Assembly: GCA_918797485.1 (NCBI GenBank)
Contig: CAKKNE010000001.1
Location: 5,270,001 to 5,334,000 of the forward strand
From: Pelagomonas calceolata
Lineage: Eukaryota
Direction of reading: 5' to 3'
DNA length: 64,000 nt
In this document: positions 41,801-48,580 of the stretch, piece after piece
Layout of the letters: the number at the start of each line of letters is the position of its first letter
How positions within the stretch are numbered: the stretch's first letter is position 1
Position numbers and translations under genes: made by a program
Notes under the pieces: generated by a model
Told to the model about the DNA's origin: nothing
Seen by the model: the letters and a program-made list of their open reading frames with translations, nothing else
Databases searched by the model: none

Positions 41801-42702
41801 AACGATGGGCTATAGCTCGGCACATGCGTCGGCGGCTGCGAATACGAGGGCAGCGGCGACGGGACGTAGCTCGGCGCGTACGTGCTCGGCAGCTTCGTCG
41901 GCGTGCTCGACGACGGCGCGCCCGTGGTCGGGACGTAGCTCGGCGCCGCGGAGGGCTCCCGCGAGTACGTCGGGGCCGCCGTCGGTGTATATGACGGCGC
42001 TTCGGAGGGCGCCGCGCTCGGCCTCACCGTCGTTGGCTGGTACGACGGCGCCGCGCTCGGCACGGACGACGTCGGCTCGTAGGTCGGCGCGAACGTCTGC
42101 GTCGGTTCCGGCGAGATCGTCGGCTTGTGCGAGGGCGCGGGCGTCGGTTGGTCCGAGGGCCTTGCCGTCGTCGGCGCGTAGGACGGCAGCGGCGACGGGC
42201 GCCCGCTCGGGTTCGCCGTCGGCACGCCCGTGGGCCCCGGCGTCGTTGGCATATAGCTGGGGAGGTCCGTGGGGCTCGGCGTCACTGATGGAGCGGGGCT
42301 TGGCTGGTACGTCGGGTTGTAGCTCGGCGCCGCGCTTATGCTCGGCGGCGCCGTCCCCGTTTTCGAGTACGAGACGTCCCCCAAGGCTTTGCTGACGGCG
42401 TCGCGTTGTGCCGACGGCCGCGCCGCGTCGGCTGCATCCCGGCGGCTCGGCGCGCGCGCCGCGGCAGACGTTCCGGCCGCGGCCACCGCAGCGCTTTCAC
42501 CGTCGCTCGCGCGGGCGCGCGTCGCTGGCCTTCTTAACGCGTCGCCGCCGCGGGTACCGCCGGTTTCCCGGTGCCGCACCGTGCCATGGGCAGCCCCAAC
42601 TGACGCAGCGATCACCAGCGCGGCGCTGCAGACCGCAAGCCAGTACGGCCTCCGTCGTTCTGGTGCAAGGCCAGGAGGCCGCGCCTCCCGGCGCACCTCC
42701 AT
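32866..42702 (-). CDS. Giant (~3280 aa) mucin-like PT-repeat cell-surface protein with three repeated beta-rich domains and a C-terminal TM segment
   Basis: Uninterrupted ~9.8-kb ORF with PSxxPT tracts; three homologous domains (FDC..H..PIQ ... NDGLNC); RRRLQ/RRKL motifs; TM AVIGSLIAVIFVVMVGYAGF; acidic and Pro-rich tail. Start at 42702 is preferred because the upstream extension overlaps a promoter element. Confidence 0.88.
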   Translation of the reverse strand: MEVRREARPPGLAPERRRPYWLAVCSAALVIAASVGAAHGTVRHRETGGTRGGDALRRPATRARASDGESAAVAAAGTSAAARAPSRRDAADAARPSAQRDAVSKALGDVSYSKTGTAPPSISAAPSYNPTYQPSPAPSVTPSPTDLPSYMPTTPGPTGVPTANPSGRPSPLPSYAPTTARPSDQPTPAPSHKPTISPEPTQTFAPTYEPTSSVPSAAPSYQPTTVRPSAAPSEAPSYTPTAAPTYSREPSAAPSYVPTTGAPSSSTPTKLPSTYAPSYVPSPLPSYSQPPTHVPSYSPSFAPTGSAAPSTAPSYLPTPLPSTAIPSYEPTPMATEPTYAPSKTPTAPSFYPTPAPSRAPTKIPTPAPSSSFSPSYTPTSAPTSKPSAVPSSIPSPLPSTPMPSAAPTPIPSPQPSGIPSPEPTYSRPPSPSPSSLPTQVPTKWQCHLSEEDFATSMQYKVYASCPWSAATVESTPIKYSADCISPPAGHPDHGTTRTPEECAFGPCATCGHYDTCDGVWQSNATYADCVTCTEGYELDVLYDDCTGVCVPSGVALNPLLSHGSCRCFSENQAAQGISALGSGTCAPTAAPSGTPTVPPTPFDGTTETTILVNASIVLEGVAEPLEINMAGPRLEALQTVLIESAAKHNVVINGTRAVTKMKASSYKGATRIDYSFYTWITEEGVRNRTATNIMAREWLVSYKSNLVTQCEDGTMNDILEDHAWTAEYTANSTLTQQLLFEHEWRPHHVTEVDTTSMNLDTTLRVTMTSSLKFNSSSLDADAFNNDATSVSQFKEVISRVWPNVTADAVEDVVAEEETEKKLVRIRYSFDDYVVAHGATVNDAQNKSDEYKTSFVSRSKNQATNGKLQTHISDVCSGNRRRLQSSAFSSAQADPVACAAAIETETVSEVEVMNTAPSPNPTLSPTLSHAPTTYTPTTAQPSATPSYVPTTYEPTLSPTKYCGDDVCWADQSVKEFDCDKHTDPIQVLEAEGSSIYSLREWSSTGDFELIHELDYFDGHVNAVGMYEGPFDGTQYALGAFTEDPDNDDAISYLCRFDNKRKVCFDDQPLHLLKPNAGAVLGLDYYYGLNLGRDAASRGLYWVENIHNLYTQSHENAALEISEDLYGGGVYDFTAIVEDGRDVFDDDYNKDGKYLVGLADDASLIVIHVAASGAPDAYAVLDTEVDWALAPTPEPVPVPSPTASPDEETYSYEYSYAVPSLDCFNESLTAFACQLDLYPDDDAAMLEALQDPTLMGDDDRWNASGSDDDVSLSDDVTSCVDVQADAGFAEQCAAQPQIVQDACGDKYDAFTECVYEAWALEAGLDCDLDCDQVSRRRKLGVLDWARRLFSPSTTRPSTTPNVIRRRARDAALDVLRGPPPTTSRRNLKNVKDVQGAFTDVKFGAAYSYRWREDDPRWLVLFSENGGRGLFQLETDAEIKIPKSCWNKASDKLAKHERCGETAQLMYVGPSSISDKNDGLNCYEGGFLQPAPTNSPTEAPCLDRICWETNRNKVQAFDCENHPYPIQIFKYSDSDYYSVKELDQASGAYNDVFDLTWFDGHINAAALYDAGEDGQFAFASMGGELCRFDASDKVCFDTELQLGGKPNVGAIIDTTYYYARSLGDGKSTGRAIYTVDGLQHDAPTFYDDVLVEFSEDVISGKILDFAGVKEDAGGVCVTTACDGRYLLGLAKDFSLVLVRINGDSHLPEAYAYLPSYVDWSLAQAAFGANFTGVTETQEGFGAAYAYEINAVNLRVFFTANAGEGLFEVVLPIDVDALDGCWNEGTDRSEHSACASAPAGTSVVVWAGPSDSTSSNDGLNCKDGMGRPTPQPTHSRPPTSSQPSRMPTPQPSYEPTPKPSPQPTPMPTSFMYPRWEDDSVQPWDCAEHNWPLQILKEEGASSYSLEELDTTTGLYNKLYDMPNDPSHVNAAAMHIGAQEIYDDDFPTVYTMMAAIDGHLCRFDSNTSICFETALEEKKPNSGAILSNTYFYGKSIGKYGGERFYYVEDINTDTPKFHDDYKFKVSNSLFAGQILDVSAALEIGDEIVEDGQAGMQYLIGMGGNYEVFVVRIGPTGEPEAYAVVPSDVVPPGSERAVPGLIEGVAGGTNYGNIGVACSSPLNEFVENFAFASADDCWSSCAAAHGEALVAVTFYPADNGCYCQDDCTCLEACDDCELVARQGMQPPDNCASGDAQYSYSYACGEEESAVLACMFDAQASGTVLDDDFYVGTDDDPTDDDGVVVETCADVQGAPFFVESCASAPAVCGDLVQRHTECLYEHQAAEVLGLNCSLNCSSTLAPTPAPVAAPATPAPVAGPAPVNTPTPAPVAGAAPATPAPVHTAFTEGAGTCYYGQVGVAEGAECDVDEATCGSGGGTWYAPDYIVTSPNGGTGCCLCDAGCDHSLEDASAPLRPEGGCDYIDAERRRRLQRAPPLRRRLEDATTATAAPTAMAGTARAETSFGASFMYRNDYETRLFFASNDGAGLFELILPVVVPDDCWNADKDWEDHVQCSSSVAALVRRSDAAEAASNDGLNCPLGGGPAISRYSSDAPTITPVPSSSPYPTTAAPTASLAPTTPSPTTAQPTPQPSTAAPSLAGSRAPTTAYPTATPTTPAPSATPTPRPTPMPTTATPTSSATTQGLFALQLVVDYGDLTEADGDVLCQAVLASLELAAGTDCEQVTFEPVSGRRRLQATGYVVTIVLEATYHPSSEDDISSRLVGQLQDSLGDGSFTAALETAAAGTDSSLASLSYADLESGVLVDETNQILDEALAADPGQALVFTWTPTPKPTLTRSPTPSPTKASVQSAPPTSLADYQASKASGGASADAAGTDAVIGSLIAVIFVVMVGYAGFQHHRQKQLEQEEKEGIEAGHFEGDEADPDFACEDVDPAKAVPIDDVEAPTEDDSRSFKSSEAMDSDVFFHQLMEQTAQASELASLPEGSAFEPSVVASEVGDDEWDAMLNDVDDEESTETWNEDLASTLLFKLAQGDCEEGFATRDRLAQALQERPDLLDMLGIMGISGDEIEFFLETIESDGDVVSRSQFLRVLERWRKSDTHSDSGTVSSKGLADLPPPAPPPRKMQPPAHPPPPGPPTPAGPVVDDDAASSATGPDVASRLFPPASPENAQEAEPLDSEDAELAKLAAMDARFAPPAPALPARPADADGGEAPPPGDDDDDEAPPPGDDDEDEAPPPDDDDDEAEPPPAGPGGAPFSPDMSLLQFTRRRRSAILAPGRRPPPPPPARGAWSPSALFRPPSPDNLVAPAYERFRRARDNSPSDASPSPK

Positions 42703-42754
42703 CACGAGCTGCAAGCCGGCAGCCGCTGTACGGGCTGCTCCATCCAAAAATTGC

Positions 42755-42778
42755 GCTAGAGGGTTTATTCCTACTAGA
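42755..42778. promoter_or_regulatory. CTAG-N14-CTAG variant
   Basis: GCTAGAGGGTTTATTCCTACTAGA. Same spacing as the consensus but a different core; lies between divergent genes. Confidence 0.45.
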
Positions 42779-43006
42779 ACTGAGTAGATTGGATTCAATT
42801 TCATGTCCATCGGATCGCTGGACACTCTGCCGGTCGCCCCTAGAGGCCCTGGGCTGGCAGCGGTCACGCCGCCCGGGGGGCCTCCTGCAGGTCACGACCG
42901 TCCTGGCAAAAGCGCCGCGCTCTCGGACTCTGCGTGGAGCCTGCACGCGCAAACGCACGTAGCGACAGCCCACTGTGTCACTTGCCGCAGCCCGCCAGCG
43001 GACACC

Positions 43007-43723
43007 ATGCTGAAGCTCGTATTTTTTATTTTGACCACCGGGTCGCTTGCTTCCGCCCATGCTTGGAGCGCGCGCGACGCTATCTCAGCGGTATGCGTCG
43101 CGTGGGAGCGCCCATGGGTGCTTTGGGGCAGCCCCACCGCAGCGGAAGAGTCGAAGCCTCTTCTCGTGGAAAACGTCGTCGGGGCGGGTCGCGATCGCGG
43201 CGTGGAGAGGATGCTCTCCGGCGCGCCGGAAGAGTCGAAGTTTTTTTCTGAGGAAAACGTCCCCGAGGGTCGCGGTCGCGGCGTGGTGCAGATGCTCTCC
43301 GGCGCCGTCCTCTGGTTTCTTATTGGCGCCGTGCCCTCAATGCGGGCCGCCTCACACACTTATTTTTCATTTTTATACCGTGATCTTTACTTTCCGGACG
43401 GCGAGGAAGACGCGCAACCACTTACCGCGAGGCAGCTGAACGCCATTTTCGAGCAGGAAGTCGCCCCGCCCGATCCACTGCCCGATCCAGAGCCCAGCCC
43501 TGCCGCAGACTTCGTGGACCGTCTTCATGCTTGGAACCGGAGAACCATAGCGCGGCAGAAGATATGGATTGAATGGCTCCAGGAGGAGGTTGCCGTCTTG
43601 GGGATAGAGGAATACGACCCGGCGCCCATCCCGTACTGCAAGAGAAGCCCGTACTACGAGGGCCCGGGCTTCGAGGTCCCGCTCTCCGACCTCGACTCGG
43701 ACTCGGACTCGGACGCAGACTAA
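43007..43723 (+). CDS. Hypothetical secreted/membrane protein with an internal ~28-aa duplication
   Basis: Signal peptide MLKLVFFILTTGSLASA; EESK...ENV...GR.RGV..MLSGA occurs twice. Confidence 0.65.
   Translation: MLKLVFFILTTGSLASAHAWSARDAISAVCVAWERPWVLWGSPTAAEESKPLLVENVVGAGRDRGVERMLSGAPEESKFFSEENVPEGRGRGVVQMLSGAVLWFLIGAVPSMRAASHTYFSFLYRDLYFPDGEEDAQPLTARQLNAIFEQEVAPPDPLPDPEPSPAADFVDRLHAWNRRTIARQKIWIEWLQEEVAVLGIEEYDPAPIPYCKRSPYYEGPGFEVPLSDLDSDSDSDAD
43143..43306 (+). repeat. Imperfect ~84-bp coding tandem duplication
   Basis: cggaagagtcgaag...atgctctccggcgc starts at 43143 and again at 43227. Confidence 0.85.
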
Positions 43724-43728
43724 TAGTA

Positions 43729-45770
43729 TTACTCACTCTCACCCCCATCGCTCACGTAGTCGTCGTCCGGCTGCTTCCGCCCGTCGCCGTCGCCGTCCGT
43801 CAATAATAAAGGCCGCTCGACGGCGTCGCCGGTCAGCTCGTTCTCGATCTCGTGGAGGATCTCGGCGTGCGTCGTGCCCTTGGGCGTGTAGCCGTGCGCG
43901 GCACAGATCCCGAGAAGCTGGGCCGCGTCCAACGTCGCGTAGTTCGCCGGCAGCGAGTCGGCCGTGAGGCGCCGGCGCGCGGCCTTGCGCGGCGACCGAC
44001 CGTCCGTCAGGAGCCGCCTCCCGCCGGCGTCGCGCGACGCCGCGGCCCGCGCGATCAATTCGGTTCGATCCAGGCCGTCCGTGTCGCCTCCAATCATCTC
44101 CACCAGCGCCGCGTCGGGCAGCATCCAGAGCTTCGACGTCTGCGCGCCCGACGCCTCCCACACGGCGCGCGCCTGCGCCGTCGCCGCGGCGTCGTCCAAG
44201 TCCTCGCGCTGGCGCTTCTTAGCCTTCGCGTCGGCCTGAGCTTTCGCGTGCGCGTCGTGCGCGGCGGCGTCGGTGCACGCCTTCAGGTGTGTCCGCCGGT
44301 CGTCCATCGACGTTCCCACGCCGAAGAACGCGCCGCACCGCGGGCAGTCGTCCGACAGCCCGTTCAAAAAACAGCGCTCGCCGTCGAAAAGAGCACCACG
44401 CCTTTGGGCCGCGTCGGCTCGTCGCCGCTTCGCCAACCGCGACTTAGCCCTCCTTTCATGCGCAGCTCGGGCCTCGGCGACGGCGTTGGCCATGTTCCTG
44501 GCAGAAACGTGGTAGGACCGGAACCCAAATTCGTCGCCGCACTCGCCGCATTTTATTTTCCGGTGGAAATCAGCAGGAGAGTAGTCGAAGGGCGCCTCGC
44601 ACTTTCTACAGGAGTGCGTCGCCGAGACGCAGCCGAACTCACATAAACAGGTCGAGCACGTGTACTCCCGCAACCCCGTCATGAGCAGGTTGTACGCGTA
44701 AGGGGGCAGGCCCTCTTGGGCAGAAGCGCCCCAGGGCTCCTCGCAGCGCGGGCACTTTACAATCGTCCTAAGACATCCTTCGTTCGTGCGCTCGATGCCA
44801 GGCCCCTTGTCGGCTTCCTCGCTTTCTACGGGGAGGTCCGACCCCGTCACGCGATCCAGCGCCGTCACCAGGGCCTGGAACGCGCGCGTGGCGCCGTCGA
44901 AGCCCCGTAGCTTGTCGGGGTGCACGAGGCGGCACAGGCGCCTATAAGCCCCCCGCAGATCGTTCAGGGGCGACATCGCCGTCAGCCTGTGTGGAAATCA
45001 AATTTACGGCGCGTTCGTGAATCGTCGCGTCGACCTCCACGCCATCGACGCGACACCTGCTCGATGGCGTGGCGATGTTGGTTCCTCACCGATCGACATC
45101 GGTGCACCCGACGCACTGGTTGATTTCCACACAGGACCAACGTCTTGCCCGGCGCCCCCAAACTCAAAATCTCCTCCCACGCGTCCTCCGCGGCGAGCTC
45201 TAGCACGCGCGTGGCCGCTTTGATAGCGTCCTGCGACCCGTCGTCCTCGAGCGCCGGTTTTTGAGGTGCATCGGCCGCTAGTTTCTTGACGATACCTTCA
45301 AGCATTTCCTCGGGCGAGCCCATGCAGTTCACGCCGTGTCTTGCTGCCGCCTTCTTGAGAGCTGCTCCTCGGAACGAAAACGGGTCTGCTCCATCCGAAC
45401 AGCGAACATCCGCATGCCGATCCTTGAGTTTGAGGCGCCATATGAGTATACCCTTCTCGCCCGTCGCGGCGAGGCCTCGCTCTTTACTCTTGGCCTTGAG
45501 CTTGGTTACCGTGAGTGCTTCGTAGTCCTCTTCTTCACTCTTGGCCTTCTTCGCGGGAGGCTCGTCGTCCTGGAGCTCGGCGAGCTTTGCTTTATACTCG
45601 TCGTCGTCCAGGATGCCGTCGTTGCGCAGCGCCTCGAGGTCCGCCAACTCGTCGGCCCGCGTGCGCTCCTTCGCGGGTTGTAATTCCGCTAATTTTGTCT
45701 TGTACTCGTCCTCGTCGAGCACGCCGTCTGCATATAATGACTCGAGGTCCGCGAGTTCTTGGGCGCTCAT
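43729..45770 (-). CDS. SHOCT-like x2 + SAP + J-domain + Cys-rich zinc-finger protein (exons 45770-45142, 44986-43729)
   Basis: ELADLE.L..DG+LD.DEYK.KLAEL twice; YEALTVTKLKAKSKERGL..TGEKG.LI.RL (SAP); WEEILSLG...LRGAYRRLCRLVHPDK (J domain, completed only after splicing); several CxxC pairs. Confidence 0.8.
44986..45135. mobile_element. Introner element / MITE with perfect 16-bp terminal inverted repeats, forming intron 44987-45141 (-)
   Basis: CCTGTGTGGAAATCAA at 44986-45001 and TTGATTTCCACACAGG at 45120-45135. The TIR end supplies the acceptor CACAG. A GT donor at 45141 gives in-frame GKT-LTAMSP. Confidence 0.9.
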
Positions 45771-45943
45771 GTTTAGAAACCGCTCTCCGGATGCGTGGAT
45801 GTCTCTCCTCCGCAGCCGTTGCGGAGCGGGTCTTCACGCGCCTCGCCGGCGCGGGCTGTCAGATGGATCCACTGGCTGACAGCTGAGACACGGCGGGCTC
45901 CAGCGCGCCTGTCTGCGGCCGTAAAAGCGCCGAGCTTGTATTT

Positions 45944-45967
45944 GCTAGTGTCTTACAAGCCGCTAGC
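45944..45967 (-). promoter_or_regulatory. CTAG-element copy
   Basis: Reverse strand reads GCTAGCGGCTTGTAAGACACTAGC, between divergent genes. Confidence 0.8.
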
Positions 45968-46318
45968 AACCGCATGGTCCACTGGTACTGGCACTCGTTT
46001 TGCTAGTTGCCGACGTGTGTTCGCGGCCCCAGACAAGTGCAAAATGCAAATTGAGGTTGCCATTCTCATTTTTTTGAGCCACACTCTGATTGAGGTGTGC
46101 GTCCGTGCTTGACGCAGTGATCGTCTGAGACCGCTGCGAGCTTGCATTTGAAGCGTCGCAGTAATATCTCTCACCACGCAAAAGTTCATTGCAAACAAAC
46201 ACTCGCATCACACTGTGCAAGCAGTGGTCAGCAAGAAAGCGCAGAGCACCCACGCGCGGCGCGACCAAAACGCGGCCGGCGCAACAGTAACGCGCGGTAA
46301 GCAGTGCAGTCTTCAACC

Positions 46319-47490
46319 ATGGCAAAAATGCGCACCGTCCTGCTGCTGCTCGTCAGCGCGAACGCCCTCGAGCGCCCCAAGCCCAAGGCGACAATAAGAA
46401 CGACAAAAGCCGACGTCGAGGCCGTCGCCATCACAGAAGCGCTGCAGAACATCAAGCTGAAAGTCACGGGCGGCGCCACGACGGGACTCGCCCATAGATT
46501 GGAGGTCGGCGCGTTCTTCGGCGGCTGGTATGCGCTAAACATCTACTACAACATCATCAATAAAAAAGTGCTGAAGACCGTGGGACTGCCCTGGTTGGTT
46601 TCGTGGGCCCAACTCGTAATTGGAGCGTTGTACGCTATGGTAGGATGGACCATCGGCCGCCCAGAACCTTCATCGGTAAGCGCAGCGGTGAAAGACGCCT
46701 GGCCCGTCGCGGTCGCACATTGCGGCCAGCAGGTCACGACCGTCATCTCGCTGGGTGCCGGCGCGGTGTCCATGACGCACGTCGTCAAGGCCCTGGAACC
46801 GCTCTTCTCCGCTGCTGTGAATGCCGTTGTGCGAGGCGAAATCCTGCCGCTGCCGGTCTATGCCGCTTTAGTGCCAGTGGTCGGCGGCGTCGCCGTGGCC
46901 ATCGCCACCGATTTATCGTTCAATCCTTTATCATTTAGTGCGGCGATGACCTCGAACCTGTTCTCCGGTCTCAGGGCCGTGCTCTCGAAGGCTAATTTGG
47001 AACGAACGAAGCAGACGGCTCCGGAACTATTTGGAGCGGCGACGATCGGCGCCGCTTGTATATTAGCGCCGCTGGCCTTTGTGGTCGAGGGCTCGAAGCT
47101 TTCTGTGTTGGACGACCTCGATACGAACCGGGTCGCGCTGCAGGTCGCGCTGTCGGGCCTATTTCACTGTGCTTTTCGGTGTCCTGGGTCCTTCCTTCAA
47201 CGTGCGCTTATACGCCATCGACGCGGCTCGTCGCTCGCACCGCGGCGACGGCGCGGGGGTCGGACGCGACTCGTGTCCGCGCAGACCTCAACAACGAGGT
47301 CATGTACATGTGCTTGGCAAGAGTGAATCCCGTCACGCTAGCGGTCGGCAACACGGTCAAGCGCGTCGTGATCATCGCCGCGGCCATGGTCGTGCTCGGC
47401 GAGGCCATGGAGCCCGTGGCCATGGTTGGGACCACCGTCGCCATCGCGGGCGTGCTGCTCTACTCGATCCTGAAGCAGCGGCTCGCCTAG
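46319..47490 (+). CDS. Plastid triose-phosphate/phosphate translocator family (exons 46319-47168, 47285-47490)
   Basis: WYALNIYYNIINKKVL, GAVSMTHVVKALEPLFSA, spliced SGLFHYLNNEVMY and PVTLAVGNTVKRVVII; signal peptide present. Confidence 0.93.
47169..47284 (+). other. Predicted intron (116 bp, GT..AG), introner-family-like
   Basis: GTGCTTTTCGGTGTCC...ACGCCATCGACGCG...TCCGCGCAG. Splicing restores the conserved FHYLNNE. Confidence 0.9.
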
Positions 47491-47493
47491 GGT

Positions 47494-48307
47494 CTAAATA
47501 TTTATTACGGCACTCTCTCTCACCTGAACGACGACCAACCCCGACTCCTCCCACTTGTCCTGCGACGTCAAGGGAGATTCAAAAATCCGCATCGTCGAGT
47601 CGTGGTAGAGCACTCGCACCAAGCCGGGCCCGGCGATGGGCAACTCAAAACGCTTCCCGAAGACGGTCAGGCCGCCCGCGGTGATCTCGACGGGCAGGTC
47701 GCAGGGCGCGCGCAGGGGGCCCGCCGGCAGCGCGAACGTGCCCTCGGCGCCGAAGGTCACCTGCGAGGAAGCGGTCGCGTCGATGGCGTCCGCAACGAGC
47801 GATGCGTCGCGTCGATGGCGTATTGACGCTCGAGGAAAGGACGCCGCGTTAAACGAGGCCGCCGACGACTTCCCCATAATTCTCCACGCGCTTGTCCTTC
47901 GGAAAGTACGTCTGCCCGGCGCGGTTGCGCACGCCGAAGACCTTGAGCAGCTCCTGGTTCTTCTGCCACTTGGGCACCAGTCCGCGCGAGTGCAGTGCGA
48001 GCCACAGCCCACCTCCTAAGTCCGACGCATCGAACGGACCGCCCATTAATGCGAGCGCATCGATGAGCTGCGAGCACCGGTCGGCGTCGACTCGCGCGCC
48101 GTTCCAGCCGTCGGTCACGAGCCGCTGGAGCTCGTCGGCCGCCTCGGGCCGCGCCCGCGGCGCCGACAGGGGCGGGTTCGCGAAGGCCTCGGCGAAGCTC
48201 TCCAGAAAATTGGCAGGTCGCCGCGTGGGCTGTCGTTGTTGCGTGGCTCGCGTTTGGAGAGCGCTCGCGACAACTGCGCTAGCGCAGAGCAGCTGGCAGA
48301 GCTGCAT
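47494..48307 (-). CDS. Plastid PAP/fibrillin-like protein (exons 48307-47855, 47760-47494)
   Basis: Signal peptide and transit-like leader; LGGGLWLALHS, spliced GEVVGGL|VTFGAEGTF and C-terminal VLYHDSTMRIF. Confidence 0.72.
47761..47854 (-). other. Predicted intron (94 bp, GT..AG) with two copies of the core motif
   Basis: Sense GTTTAACGCGGCGTCC...ACGCCATCGACGCG x2...CCTCGCAG. Phase-0 in-frame join. Confidence 0.85.
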
Positions 48308-48444
48308 ATCTGTGCACTTTGCGGTTGCTGCAGGTTGGATGAGCTCGATCGCACGACGAGCGTTAGAACGCTAACTCCGAAGCGTCCTGGGCACCAATGG
48401 CTCACGTTCTGATGCGATTGATCAAAGCTCGAGCAAATCTCCGC

Positions 48445-48469
48445 GCTAGCGTCCTGTAAAGACACTAGC
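48445..48469 (+). promoter_or_regulatory. CTAG-element copy
   Basis: GCTAGCGTCCTGTAAAGACACTAGC, 138 bp upstream of the fibrillin-like gene. Confidence 0.75.
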
Positions 48470-48580
48470 AACAATCAGGACGCATAGTAGTATACCTTAG
48501 TTCCCCTTGGCTCGAGGCACCGAGCGGGAGGGGTAGGTGGACCCCGAGACGCGATAAAAGACGAAAAACGATACGCAAGA

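Noticed and set aside
42703..43006. Overlapping N-terminal extensions of the giant protein and the 42803 ORF; likewise GTG/TTG-started extensions at 330, 2981, 8933, 16065, 21291 and 61444
   Set aside because: Alternative starts from the ORF caller run through promoter regions, several containing the CTAG element. Downstream ATGs give sensible N-termini.
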